NCBI GenBank assembly: GCA_048320885.1
Contig: JBLWFJ010000001.1
Span: forward strand, 1,605,642-1,669,641
Source of the DNA: Nannocystaceae bacterium ST9
GTDB taxonomy: Bacteria > Myxococcota_A > Polyangia > Nannocystales > Nannocystaceae
DNA length: 64,000 bases
Direction of reading: 5' to 3'
The notes beneath the pieces are model-generated. The model saw only the letters and a list, made by a program, of their open reading frames with translations, was not told where the DNA came from and did not search any database. Shown here piece after piece: positions 46,334 to 57,549 of this stretch (the stretch's first letter is position 1; the number at the start of each line of letters is the position of its first letter). Both the position numbers and the translations under genes were made by a program.

Positions 46334-46927
46334 ATGCGATCCACGCTCACGCCCCTGGCTCTGCTCGCCCTTCCCGCTCTCTTTGGCTGCAAGGAAGAAG
46401 AGCCCCCGTTGTTCGACGAGACGGGCGTGTGGGCGGTCGAGAAGTACGCGCTCGACGGCGGTCAGCTCGAGGACATCCCACAGGAGCGCAAGAACGCGTT
46501 CTTGCTCAACTTCGACTCGGACCTGGGCGTGGTCGCCGTCGGCAGCTGCTTCAGCGCCAACAACCAGGACATCGAGAGCGCGATCTGCAAGAGCAACCCG
46601 GCCGCCGCCTTCTGGGAGTGCCAGTGCTTCGCGTACGAGTTCAAGAAGAGCCGGATGGTCTGGCAGCCCTTCGATCCGGGCGCCGAGATTCCGATCGTCG
46701 GCGACCCCGAGATCGAGGGCTCGGGCGCGTTCGAGGTCCTGGTCGAGGAGTTCCCCTCGCTCGGCCTCGGCTACCTCTACAACCCGATGCCGATGGGCGT
46801 GTTCGACAGCGACGGAACGCTCTCGAAGTACGTGTTGCAGCAGAAGGCCGTCAACGTGTGGACCGAGGCCGAGGTCGCGCCCGACAGCCTGCTCGAGTGC
46901 TCGGTCGGCTGCTTCGGCGCGCAGTAG
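46334..46927 (+). CDS. Hypothetical lipoprotein
   Basis: MRSTLTPLALLALPALFGC lipobox. 197 aa. Good GC3. Confidence 0.6.
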   Translation: MRSTLTPLALLALPALFGCKEEEPPLFDETGVWAVEKYALDGGQLEDIPQERKNAFLLNFDSDLGVVAVGSCFSANNQDIESAICKSNPAAAFWECQCFAYEFKKSRMVWQPFDPGAEIPIVGDPEIEGSGAFEVLVEEFPSLGLGYLYNPMPMGVFDSDGTLSKYVLQQKAVNVWTEAEVAPDSLLECSVGCFGAQ

Positions 46928-47134
46928 CGACCCGCTACGATCTCACGTGCCTCCGTCCCGCGTCGCCAAGCCCCGCACGTCGAACGACGACGCCGAACGC
47001 GAACGTCTGATCGCCGCGATCGAAGAGGGACTCGCCGACCTGGACGCTGGCCGCTCCTACTCGCACGCCGAAGTGCTCGCCGAAATGCGCGAGCGCTTCG
47101 CCCCGTCGCCGAAGTGAAGGCGACTGACCCACGA

Positions 47135-47229
47135 CGGAAGCGCACAGGAATCGAACCTGCCCGAGACGCTCGTCGCGTCTCACACCGGTTTTGAAGACCG
47201 GGGGCCGCACCAGCCGGCCATGCGCCTCC
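47135..47229 (-). tRNA. selC: tRNA-Sec (selenocysteine, anticodon UCA)
   Basis: The minus-strand sequence is near-colinear with E. coli selC: 8-bp acceptor stem (GGAGGCGC / GCGCTTCC, one G-U), D-arm GGCCG-GCUGGUG-CGGCC, anticodon loop CUUCAAA, 7-bp long extra arm GAGACGC-GACGA-GCGUCUC, T-arm GCAGG-UUCGAUU-CCUGU, discriminator G. No CCA is encoded. Confidence 0.8.
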
Positions 47230-47270
47230 TCGGCGAGAGTATCACGAGCCGAGTCGCTACACTGCCGCGC

Positions 47271-48206
47271 ATGCCCCAGGCAGCGAGTGCGGAGTTTCGA
47301 ACGCGTGTGGCCGCGGCGATGCGGTCGCTGCAAGATGCGATCTGTGCCGGGCTCGAGGCGCTCGAGCGCGATCGAGGTGGAAGCGTCGGCTTTCGTGAGG
47401 ACGCGTGGACGCGCGAGGGCGGCGGAGGTGGGCGCACGCGGGTGATCGCCGACGCGGCGGTGTTCGAACGCGGCGGGGTCAATTTCTCCGAGGTCCACGG
47501 CGAGTTCTCGCCCGACTACGCGACCCAGGTGCCGGGCTCGGGCCGCGAGTTCTGGGCCTGCGGGGTGTCGCTGGTCCTGCACCCTCGCAACCCGCACGTA
47601 CCGACCTGCCACGCCAACTTCCGCATGCTCGAGCACGGCGACAAGGCTTGGTTCGGAGGCGGAGCCGACCTCACGCCCTACTACTTTCACGGCGAAGATC
47701 GCGATCACTTCCACGCGGTCTGGCGCGAGGTCTGCGAGGCGCACCCGGGCATCGGCGACTACCCGGCCTGGACGCAATGGTGCGATCGCTACTTCTTCCT
47801 GCCCCACCGCGGCGAGCGACGCGGGGTCGGGGGCATCTTCTTCGACAACCTGTGGATCGACGCGGCCGGCTCGAGCGAGGCGACCCGCGAGCATCGCGAT
47901 CGCGTCGAGCAATTCGTGTTCGCGGCCGGCGGCCAGTTCCTCGCCGCCTACCTGCCGATCGTCGAGCGCCGGATCGCCACGCCCTGGACCGACGCCGAGC
48001 GAGCCTGGCAGGAGATCCGCCGCGGTCGCTACGTCGAGTTCAACCTGGTCTATGATCGCGGCACCGTGTTCGGGCTCAAGACCGGCGGACGCACCGAGTC
48101 GATCCTGATGTCGCTGCCGCCTCGGGTGCGCTGGGTCTACGACTACGAGCCGGAGCCGGGCAGCCGCGAGGCCGAGCTGCTGCGCGAGCTTCGTGATGCC
48201 CGCTGA
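47271..48206 (+). CDS. hemF: Oxygen-dependent coproporphyrinogen III oxidase
   Basis: LHPRNPHVPTCHANFR, FGGGADLTPYY, RRGRYVEFNL are HemF signatures. Start at ATG 47271, because 47220 would overlap the tRNA-Sec gene. Confidence 0.85.
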   Translation: MPQAASAEFRTRVAAAMRSLQDAICAGLEALERDRGGSVGFREDAWTREGGGGGRTRVIADAAVFERGGVNFSEVHGEFSPDYATQVPGSGREFWACGVSLVLHPRNPHVPTCHANFRMLEHGDKAWFGGGADLTPYYFHGEDRDHFHAVWREVCEAHPGIGDYPAWTQWCDRYFFLPHRGERRGVGGIFFDNLWIDAAGSSEATREHRDRVEQFVFAAGGQFLAAYLPIVERRIATPWTDAERAWQEIRRGRYVEFNLVYDRGTVFGLKTGGRTESILMSLPPRVRWVYDYEPEPGSREAELLRELRDAR

Positions 48207-49299
48207 GACCGGGACCAAGCTGCGGCCGAGCGCGACCGGCCGCATGCGCGGCTGGGCGTGGGCCGGGGCGCTGGCGAGCGCGGCCTTGTTGGTCGTGATC
48301 GGGATCCTCGCGATCTCGTGGGTCGAACAGAGCCCGCTGCCGCCCTTCGTGACCGGCGAGCCGCCCATCTCGGGCGAGCCCCTCGGCTCGCCCAAGCCCG
48401 CCAACTTGCTGCGCGTGGCCGGCAGCGGCAGCAACCTCCCGCTGACCCGCGAGCTCGCCGACGCCTTCGAAGCCACCCGACCCTGGCAGCGCGTGCGCGT
48501 GCACGAGAGCATCGGCTCGGGCGGCGGGATCCGGGCCGCGCTCGATCGGGCGATCGACATCGGGCTGATCTCGCGGCCGCTCAAGTCGAGCGAGGCCGAC
48601 AAGGGCCTGATCGCGATCCCCTACGCTCGGGTCGCGGTCGTGTTCGCGGCCAACCCCTCGGTGCCCGTGCGCGGGCTGACCCGCGCGATGGTCCTCGACC
48701 TCTACTCGGGCAAGCAGACCCACTGGGACGACGGCTCGCCCGCGGTCGTGTTGCAGCGCGAGCCCGGCGACTCCAGCCACCTCGCCGCGCATCAAGTCAT
48801 CCCCGGGTTCGAGACGATCGATCAACAAGCCTGGGATCAGCGACGCTTTCGCGTGCTGTTCAACGACCGCTCGATGCAGGAGGCGCTGCTGTCCACGCCC
48901 GGCGCGATCGGGCTGTTCGACTCGGGGCTCGCGACCATCCAAGAGCTGCCGCTCGCGGTGCTCGAGTTCGAGGGCAAGCGCGCGCGCGAGGAGGCGGTCC
49001 GGACCGGCAGCTACCCGCTGTTCAAGGATCTCGCGTTCGTCTACGTCGAGGACGATCCCGATCCGCTGGTGCTCGAGTTCATCGCGTTCGTGTTCTCGGC
49101 CGACGGCCAGCGGATCATCACCGAGAGCGGCTACGTGCCGATCGATCCGCCGCCGCACTCGTCGTTCGCCCACCTGCGCGAGGTCGGCCCGCCGCGCGAG
49201 CGCCAGCCCGAGCCCGCGCCGATCGACGAGACCGGCACGGACACCGACACGGACACCGACACCGACGCGAGCACCAGCGACGAGGAGAGCGGCCGATGA
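48196..49299 (+). CDS. PstS-family/PBP-like periplasmic substrate-binding protein with C-terminal TD repeats
   Basis: VAGSGSNLPLTRELADAF is the PBP-like_2 phosphate-binding protein pattern. N-terminal TM/signal. C-terminal (TD)x5 acidic tail. Its stop overlaps the histidine-kinase start (ATGA). Confidence 0.6.
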   Translation: MPAETGTKLRPSATGRMRGWAWAGALASAALLVVIGILAISWVEQSPLPPFVTGEPPISGEPLGSPKPANLLRVAGSGSNLPLTRELADAFEATRPWQRVRVHESIGSGGGIRAALDRAIDIGLISRPLKSSEADKGLIAIPYARVAVVFAANPSVPVRGLTRAMVLDLYSGKQTHWDDGSPAVVLQREPGDSSHLAAHQVIPGFETIDQQAWDQRRFRVLFNDRSMQEALLSTPGAIGLFDSGLATIQELPLAVLEFEGKRAREEAVRTGSYPLFKDLAFVYVEDDPDPLVLEFIAFVFSADGQRIITESGYVPIDPPPHSSFAHLREVGPPRERQPEPAPIDETGTDTDTDTDTDASTSDEESGR

Positions 49300-50642
49300 G
49301 CGAGCAACCCAAGCTCGAGGCCGCCGCGCTGCCCTCGGTCGATCTGACCGGCTACCTGACCGCGCGGCTCGGTCCGCTGGCGTTCGTGCTGCTCTTCGTG
49401 GTCGCGCTCTCGGCCCCGCTCGCCTACTTGTTGATGGGCGTGCAGACCATCCGCGCGCGCGCGGGCTCGACCGCCTCGCTGGTCGCCGAGCTGATCCGCG
49501 AGGAGGCCCAGCAGCGCCCGGTGCTCTGGCGCTACGACGCGCCCAAGCTGGTCCGCAACCTCGATCTCCAGGCCGCGCAGTCGAGCATCGTGCGGATCGA
49601 TCTGACCGACGAGCGCGGCCGGCTGATCGAGCTCGGCCAGGATCCGCCGAGCGAGGCCGACGCGGAGCTGCTCTGGGTCTCGGCCCCGGTCATGGTCACC
49701 ACCGAGATCGCGCGGGTCTGGGTCGGCGTGACCACCGAAGAGATCGAGCGGCAGGCCCTGCTGATCCTGATCGGGTTCACGGTGCTCGGGGCCGGCCTGG
49801 CCGGGATGATGTACTGGCTGCCGCGGGTCGCGATCGTCCAGGCCGAGCAAGAGATCGATCGCTCGCAGCAGGCGCTCGCCCACCTCAACACCACGCTCGA
49901 GGCCCAGGTCGTCGAGCGCTCGTCGCAGCTGCGCGAGGCGCTTCGCGAGGTCCGCGACAAGGAGCAGCGCCTGCGCGAGCTCTCGGGTCGCGCGGTCGCG
50001 ATGCAGGAGGCCGAGCGGCGCTCGCTGTCCCGCGAGCTGCACGACTCGGCTGGCCAGGCGCTGACGGCCATCCGCATCAACCTCCAGCTCTTGGCCGGCG
50101 CCGCCGGGTCCGACACCGCGCGCAAGCTGGCCGAGCGGACCGTCGAGCTGGCCGACACCACGCTCGAAGAGATCCGCCGGGTCGTCGACCGCCTGGCCCC
50201 GGCCGTGCTCGCCGACCTCGGCCTGCGCAAGGCGGTCGAGCGCCACTGCGACGACTTCGCCGAGCGGACCGGCGTCGAGGTCGTGTGTCGCTGCGTCGGG
50301 CTCGATCGGCCCGGGGTCGACACGGGCGTCGAGACCTCGGCCTATCGGATCGTGCAAGAGAGCCTGACCAACGTGGCCCGCCACGCCCACGCCGAGTCGG
50401 TCGCGATCCACCTGCGCCGCGACGACCCCGGCTCGCCGCGCGACCGGATCGTGATCGACGTGGTCGACGACGGCCGCGGCTTCGATCTCGACGAGGTCCG
50501 CCGCAAGAGCCGGCGCGGGCTCGAGGGCATGCGCGAACGGGTCGAGTTGGTCGGCGGGACGATCGAGATCCAGGCCGCGCCCGGCGAGGGCGCGCGGATC
50601 CACGTCGAGCTGCCGGTCCAGCCCGAGAGCGAGGCCGGCTAG
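49296..50642 (+). CDS. Sensor histidine kinase (NarX/UhpB-type, HisKA_3)
   Basis: Two N-terminal TM helices, coiled-coil, H-box ELHDSAGQALTAIRINLQL, HATPase_c (DDGRGF, GLEGMRERV). Confidence 0.8.
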   Translation: MSEQPKLEAAALPSVDLTGYLTARLGPLAFVLLFVVALSAPLAYLLMGVQTIRARAGSTASLVAELIREEAQQRPVLWRYDAPKLVRNLDLQAAQSSIVRIDLTDERGRLIELGQDPPSEADAELLWVSAPVMVTTEIARVWVGVTTEEIERQALLILIGFTVLGAGLAGMMYWLPRVAIVQAEQEIDRSQQALAHLNTTLEAQVVERSSQLREALREVRDKEQRLRELSGRAVAMQEAERRSLSRELHDSAGQALTAIRINLQLLAGAAGSDTARKLAERTVELADTTLEEIRRVVDRLAPAVLADLGLRKAVERHCDDFAERTGVEVVCRCVGLDRPGVDTGVETSAYRIVQESLTNVARHAHAESVAIHLRRDDPGSPRDRIVIDVVDDGRGFDLDEVRRKSRRGLEGMRERVELVGGTIEIQAAPGEGARIHVELPVQPESEAG

Positions 50643-50653
50643 CTCGTGGTTTT

Positions 50654-52113
50654 CTAGAACGCCGACGCGTCGAGTTGGATCAAGCGGACTCGCGCTGGCC
50701 GATCACCGTTGGCCAGCCTCAGCCCGATCGCGAGCTGCTGGCCCCACGCGCGCATGTCGAGCGCGCGGGCGTTGTCGGGCTGCGCACCGCGAGGGGCGCT
50801 CAGCGGCGCGATCGCAAGATCGAGCGCCTCGTTCGTGGTCTGGGTCGCGAAGTCGAAGCCGACCACGCGCAAGCGAGCGCTCGAGTCATCGCGGATCCCT
50901 TCGCTCGCGCAGCTGCACTCGTCGCCCTCGCAGACCTCGAAGTAGCGCGTGCTTCGATCGTGGTGAGTCTCGACCCACGCCAGCCAGAGCACGCCGTCGA
51001 GCGTCTGGGCCACCGCGAAGCCATCGACATCGAGGCCGTCCGCGAGCTCGGTGCACTCGGACTCGGATCGGCAGCCCTCGCTCGGCTCACCGGACTCGCA
51101 CTCGAGCCGGGCGAGCGGCGTGTCGGCCAGCGTGAACTCGCGGTAGGGCTGGCCGGCTTCGCCGGGCCAGGCGATCCGCAGAGCGTCGGGGTGCTGAATC
51201 ACGACCGCGTAGTCGGGCACGGGCGCGAGCGGGGCGCTCGGCTTGGTCGGCGAGACCGGGCGATACGCGAGCGGCGAGCATCCGACGACGGGGCTGCCGA
51301 GCACCGAATCGACGCCGAGCACCGCGTCGGGATCGGGGCGGCGCGCGTTCAACTGCCAGCGCTCGCCCTGGTCGGCGATCGAGAGCGTGACGGGCAGGCC
51401 CTGGCGATCGAGCGTCCAGTGCGGCCACGAGCCCGGGTCGATCGGATAGGCGGTACCGGACGCGATCTGGGCGTCGTCGGTCACGTAGGTCGTGTCGATC
51501 GGCCAGGGTTGACCGATGTCGGCCCAGACGTGGACGACACCCGCGGGCGAGCTCTCGAGATCGTGGACGAGGCTGATCCAGTCGGCGTCGGGGTCCTCGA
51601 CGGAGAGGTCCTTCCAGATACCCGCCTCACGATGACGAAAGACCATCCCGACGTCGGTCGTGTCGGTCGCGAGGTAGAGCTCGCCCGCCGCGTCTTGGTC
51701 GAGCAGCACCGCTTGGCGAACGAACCCGGTCAACAAGCTCGGATCGAGCGTCGCCTGCTCGCCGCTCGCGCTCAACAACATCGCGCGCGAACGGCTCGCC
51801 GTGACCAGGTAGGCCTGCTCGTCGGTCGTGGCCACGCGCACGCCCAAGCTCGAGACCTCGCGGTCGCAGGTCAGCACGACGTCGGTGGTGACCGAGCAGT
51901 CACCGCTCGCGCAAGGTGTGCCCAGGGCGTCGCCCGGGTCGGTCGTACAGATCGGCAGACCCGGCGTGGGTTCGGGCTCGGGCGCCTCGACCTCGTCGCC
52001 TCGACAGAGCGCCTCGTCATCGTCGTCGCCGTCGCCCTCCGCCGTCGGGTCGTCGGCACACGCGAGGACCATCAGCGCGATCACCAAGACCAATACCGGA
52101 ACGCGACACAGCA
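50654..52113 (-). CDS. Hypothetical secreted lipoprotein (486 aa), Cys-rich N-terminal acidic region
   Basis: MLCRVPVLVLVIALMVLAC lipobox. Lies between the kinase and response-regulator genes on the opposite strand. Confidence 0.6.
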
Positions 52114-52189
52114 TGGGCGCCGGGACTGACTCCGACCTCGGCGAATCGATCCCTGCTGAAGCCACGCAATCCCTGTTACCCTGGGTGCG

Positions 52190-52852
52190 ATGTCGGAAAC
52201 GCCGATCCGCGTGCTCTTGGCCGAGGACCACACGATCGTCCGCGAGGGCCTCAAGTCGCTGCTGGCCGCCACGCAGGACCTCGAGGTCGTCGGCGAGGTC
52301 TCCGACGGGCGCGAGGCCGTCGACGCGGTCGCCCGCGTGCGACCCGACGTGATCGTCATGGATCTCAACATGCCCAAGCTCAACGGCGTCGACGCGACTC
52401 GCGAGATCCGCGAGCGACCGGGCGCGCCGAAGATCGTGATCCTCTCGATGTACGACGGCGAAGAGTACGTGCGCCCGGCGATCCGGGCCGGCGCGAGCGG
52501 CTACCTGCTCAAGGGCTCGGGGCTCTCGGATCTGGTCTCGGCGATCCGGGCGGTCCACCGCGGCGACGCGTTCTTCAGCCCGGCGGTCGCGAAGATCCTC
52601 CTGCACGACAGCCGCAACGACGACGACGACAAGGCCACCCCGGATCCCGCCGACGGCCTGACCCGGCGCGAGCGCGAGGTCCTGACCCTGGTCGGCGAGG
52701 GCAAGTCGAGCCCGGAGATCGCCAAGATCCTCGTGCTCTCGGTCAAGACCGTCGAGGGGCACCGCGGGCGGATCATGGACAAGCTCGGCGTCCACAACGT
52801 CGCGGGCCTGGTCCGCCAGGCGATCCGGCTCGGGCTGGTCTCGGCCGAGTAG
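52190..52852 (+). CDS. NarL/FixJ-family response regulator (REC + LuxR HTH)
   Basis: RVLLAEDH...DVIVMDLNMP receiver. C-terminal LTRREREVLTLVGEGKSSPEIAKILVLSVKTVEGHR LuxR-type HTH. Confidence 0.85.
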   Translation: MSETPIRVLLAEDHTIVREGLKSLLAATQDLEVVGEVSDGREAVDAVARVRPDVIVMDLNMPKLNGVDATREIRERPGAPKIVILSMYDGEEYVRPAIRAGASGYLLKGSGLSDLVSAIRAVHRGDAFFSPAVAKILLHDSRNDDDDKATPDPADGLTRREREVLTLVGEGKSSPEIAKILVLSVKTVEGHRGRIMDKLGVHNVAGLVRQAIRLGLVSAE

Positions 52853-52855
52853 CTC

Positions 52856-54370
52856 TCACGACATGATCAGGCCGAGCGCGAGGATCAGCGCGAGCCCGGC
52901 GATGTCCATCCAGGCGCCGAACCGGATCATCGTCGGGATCCGCACCAGCCCGGTCCCGTAGACCAGGGCGTTGGGCGGGGTCGAGACCGGCAGCATGAAC
53001 GCGAAGCTGGCCGCGAGCGTGACGCAGACGGTGACCGGGATCGGATCGATCCCGAGCCGGATCGCCATCGGGATCACGACCGGGACCATGATGTTGGTCA
53101 TCGCGGTGTTGCTGATCAGCTCGGTCGCGTAGATCGTCAGCGCGGTCATCACCGCGAGCAGCACGAAGCCCGAAGCCTCGCCGAAGCGGCCCTCGACCGA
53201 GCCGCCGAGCGCGTCGGCCAGGCCGGTCTCGACGGTCAGATCGCCGAGCGCCAGCCCGCCGCCGAGCAAGAAGAGCGTGCCCCAGTCGATGTTGCCGACC
53301 CGCGCCCAGTCGATCAGCGCCGGTCGCCGTCCGCCGCTGCCGGCCGGCTCGCCCGAGGGGATCAAGAAGAGCAGGCTCGCGGCGACCAGCGCGACCACGC
53401 CCTCGGGCAGCGCCCGCTCGGCCCACTGCGTGGCCGCGGCCTCGTCACCGAGCGCGAGCCGGACGATCGAGGGCGTCAGCCAGCCGGCGATCGCCAGGCC
53501 GAACACCAGCACCGCTCGCCGCTCGCCCGGCTTGGTCGGACCGAGCGCGTCGAGGTCGGCTCGGACCGAGTCGCTCAGCCCGGCCATCCGCTCGAGCGCG
53601 GGCGGCCACCAGATCCGCGCCATCACCAGCATCGCGATCATGGCCGCGATCCCGAGCGGCACGCCGAAGCTCATCCAGGTCAGGAAGTCGATGTGCTCGC
53701 CGACCCGCTCGAGCTGGCCCATCGCGATCACGTTGGGCGCGGTCCCGATCGGCGTGCATATGCCCCCGAGCGAGCTCGCGTAGGCCAGGCAGATCAGCAT
53801 GCCCTCTTCGAAGCGACGCTGACGCTCGAGCACCGCGGGGTCGTCGGGGCAGAGCCGACGAATGCTCGCGCACAGGCCGACCGCGATCGGCAGCATCATC
53901 GCCGTGGTCGCGGTGTTGTTGATCCACATCGAGAACCCGAACGCGACCGTGGCCACGCCGATCAGCGCGCGGGTCGGCGAGCCGCGGACTTGCTCGCGGG
54001 CGAGCAGCCAGAGCGCCGCACGGCGATCGAAGCCCTGGTGACTGAGCGCCTCGGCCAGCATGAAGCCGCCGAGGAACAAGAAGATCAGCGGGTGGGCGAA
54101 CCCGGCGAACGCCTGCTTGGCCGGCGCGACGTCGAAGAGCACGGCCAGCGCCGGCGCGAGCAGGGCCGCCATCGCCAGCGGGATCGCCTCGGTGATCCAC
54201 AAGATCACCGTCGCGGTCCCGATCGCCAGCAGTCGGTGGGCTTCGCCGCTCAGGCCCCCGAGCGGGAGCATCAGCACGATCAACGCGCTCAGCGGGGCAG
54301 CGATCATGCCGAAGCGAGCGCGGAACCGATCGAAGCGCTGCTCTCGTTCGCTGAGCTGGACGCCCGACAC
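52856..54370 (-). CDS. DASS/SLC13-family anion:cation symporter
   Basis: 504 aa polytopic. Duplicated SNTA/T-like hairpin motifs (WINNTATTAMMLP, ISNTAMTNIMVP). Confidence 0.75.
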   Translation of the reverse strand: MSGVQLSEREQRFDRFRARFGMIAAPLSALIVLMLPLGGLSGEAHRLLAIGTATVILWITEAIPLAMAALLAPALAVLFDVAPAKQAFAGFAHPLIFLFLGGFMLAEALSHQGFDRRAALWLLAREQVRGSPTRALIGVATVAFGFSMWINNTATTAMMLPIAVGLCASIRRLCPDDPAVLERQRRFEEGMLICLAYASSLGGICTPIGTAPNVIAMGQLERVGEHIDFLTWMSFGVPLGIAAMIAMLVMARIWWPPALERMAGLSDSVRADLDALGPTKPGERRAVLVFGLAIAGWLTPSIVRLALGDEAAATQWAERALPEGVVALVAASLLFLIPSGEPAGSGGRRPALIDWARVGNIDWGTLFLLGGGLALGDLTVETGLADALGGSVEGRFGEASGFVLLAVMTALTIYATELISNTAMTNIMVPVVIPMAIRLGIDPIPVTVCVTLAASFAFMLPVSTPPNALVYGTGLVRIPTMIRFGAWMDIAGLALILALGLIMS

Positions 54371-54433
54371 CGCTGGAAGGTATGCGTCGCGCCGACGATC
54401 GACAAGGCCGTCGCGCGCCGGTTAGCATGGGTC

Positions 54434-55081
54434 GTGACCCTCGCTTCGACGCGCCCGTGGATGGCCGCCGCCTTGCTGCTGCTCGCGAGTTGCAGCAGCC
54501 GCGATCCGGGTCGGCAGGACTCCAAGCCGGCCGACGATCGCCACGAGCAGGCCGCGAGCTCGCCTGGATCCGGCAGCGAGATCGCGGCCGCGGCCGCGCC
54601 CTCCGACATCGCGCTGAGCGAGCGCCACGCCGACGCTCGGTTCGGGTTCGAGCTCTCGTTCCCGAGCGGCTGGACGGCGGGCGAGGGCGAGATGCCGGCC
54701 TTCTTCGTGGCCTCGCCGCGCGAGGGCGAGGCCGACGAATTCGTCGAAAACGTCAACGTGGTCGTCGAGCCGCTGACCGAGCCGATGAGCGCCAACGCCT
54801 ACGCCGACGGCTCGGAGGCCCTGATCGCGGCCGACCTCGGCGCGTATCAGTTGATCGCGCGCAGCGAGGTCGAGCTCGGCGATCGACCGGCCGTCCGCCG
54901 CGAGTACGAGCACGTCTACCTCGGCCGGCCGCTCTGGGTGGTCTCGTACCTGCTGGTCGTCGATCGTCGCGGCTACGTGATCACGGCCACCGCCGAGCGC
55001 GAGCACGCCGAGCTCTGGCGCGCGCGGCTCGAGGCGATCGCCAGCAGCTTCCGGATCACGTCGGCCGCGAGCGCGGGCTGA
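54434..55081 (+). CDS. Hypothetical lipoprotein
   Basis: LLLLASC lipobox. Start is ambiguous: GTG 54434 or ATG 54461. Confidence 0.5.
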   Translation: MTLASTRPWMAAALLLLASCSSRDPGRQDSKPADDRHEQAASSPGSGSEIAAAAAPSDIALSERHADARFGFELSFPSGWTAGEGEMPAFFVASPREGEADEFVENVNVVVEPLTEPMSANAYADGSEALIAADLGAYQLIARSEVELGDRPAVRREYEHVYLGRPLWVVSYLLVVDRRGYVITATAEREHAELWRARLEAIASSFRITSAASAG

Positions 55082-55101
55082 TCGTGAGCGCCGGGTCCGA
55101 G

Positions 55102-56499
55102 ATGCTCAGCCGCGCGCGGCCGAATCGGATTCCCGCTCGCTGGTGGTTCGCGCTGCTCTTCGCCCTGCTCGCGCTGCTCTGGTCGGGCAGCGCGACCGGG
55201 CTGCTCAGCAGCAACGACGGCTCGCACCTCGCCCTCGCCCGCGCGCTGGTCCTGCGCGGCGAGACCTCGATCGAGCCCGATCGCGCGCTGACCCTCGGGA
55301 TCGATCTCGCCGAGCGCGAGGGTCGGGCCTACTCCGATCGCCCGCCCGGGACCGCGTTCACGGCCTTGCTCGCGGTCTGGCTCGGCGATCGCCTCGACGC
55401 CGCCGCGCTGGTCCGGGCCCGCGATCAGGCCCGCGCCGGCGACCCGGTCGAGCCGATGCCCGCGTGCCCGCCCTACGTCGCGACCTATGCCAAGCGCTTC
55501 CCCGACGCGCCGCCGCTGGCCAAGCGGATCGCGACCGGCGTGCTGCTCGGCCTGCACGCCTGCCTGCTCGGCCTGCTCGGGCTGGCGCTGATCGATCGCC
55601 TGCTCGCTCGGCTCGCGCTCTCGCGCGGCGCTCGGCTGTTCGCGCTGGCCAGCCTCGGCGCCGCGACGCTCTGGGGCCCCTACTCGACCGCCCTGTTCTC
55701 GCATGTCGCGAGCGCGACGATGCTGTCCGGCTTCTTGCTCGGGGCGCTCGCGCTGCGCGAACCACCGCCGGGCTGGCGAGCCCACGCGATCGCGCTCGCG
55801 ACCGGGCTCGCGGGCGGCTGGGCGATCGCCTGCGACTACCTGCTCGTGCTCGCGCTCGTGCCGGCCTCGCTGCTGGCGATCGACTGGCGACGCTGGCCCA
55901 TGGTCTTGCTCGGCGGCGCCCCGATCGTCGTGGCCACGCTCGCCTATCACCAGGCCGCGTTCGGCAGCCCCTTCGCGATCGGCTACGACTTCCACTCGAC
56001 CTTCGCGTTCGCGCGCGAGCGCGAGAGCACCTTCGGCGGCGATCCGCTCGAGGGCCTGTGGGTGCTGCTCGGGGCCGGCCGCGGCGCGGGCTTGCTGGCG
56101 CAGGCCCCGATCGCGCTCGCCGGTCTGCTCGCGCTCGCTTGGTACGCGCGGCGGCCCGAGCTGCGCGGGCTCGGCTTGGCCGCGCTGGGCTTCGTGGCCT
56201 GGCTGCTCGCGCTCTGCTTTCACGCGACGCCTTGGGGCGGCGGCACCGAGGATCACCGCTACCTGATCCCGATCTTGCCCTTGGCCGCGATCGGTCTGGG
56301 TTTGGCGTGGGAACACGCGAGCGCGCGCCCCTGGCTTCGCGCGCTGCTCGTGCTGCTCGCGCTGGGATCGGCGTGGCGCGTGTGGTCGGCGTTCCTGGCC
56401 TGGCGCGAGGGCACGCTGTTGGCCAACGCCGAGCTCGGCACGATGGTCGCGCTCGCGGTGTTGGTCGCGAGCTTGCTGGCTCGCCGCGATCAATCGTGA
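55102..56499 (+). CDS. Polytopic membrane protein (possible GT-C-fold glycosyltransferase)
   Basis: About 11 TM helices. Start at ATG MLSRARPNRIP. Confidence 0.5.
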   Translation: MLSRARPNRIPARWWFALLFALLALLWSGSATGLLSSNDGSHLALARALVLRGETSIEPDRALTLGIDLAEREGRAYSDRPPGTAFTALLAVWLGDRLDAAALVRARDQARAGDPVEPMPACPPYVATYAKRFPDAPPLAKRIATGVLLGLHACLLGLLGLALIDRLLARLALSRGARLFALASLGAATLWGPYSTALFSHVASATMLSGFLLGALALREPPPGWRAHAIALATGLAGGWAIACDYLLVLALVPASLLAIDWRRWPMVLLGGAPIVVATLAYHQAAFGSPFAIGYDFHSTFAFARERESTFGGDPLEGLWVLLGAGRGAGLLAQAPIALAGLLALAWYARRPELRGLGLAALGFVAWLLALCFHATPWGGGTEDHRYLIPILPLAAIGLGLAWEHASARPWLRALLVLLALGSAWRVWSAFLAWREGTLLANAELGTMVALAVLVASLLARRDQS

Positions 56500-56544
56500 G
56501 TCTTCATCCACGCCCGCGGGTCGGGGTCGTGGTAGCCAAGCTCG

Positions 56545-57541
<997 letters not shown>

Positions 57542-57549
<8 letters not shown>

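Noticed and set aside
47220-47270. Longer hemF start at ATG 47220
   Set aside because: It would overlap the tRNA-Sec gene (5' end at 47229). The N-terminus from 47271 aligns with the conserved HemF start region.
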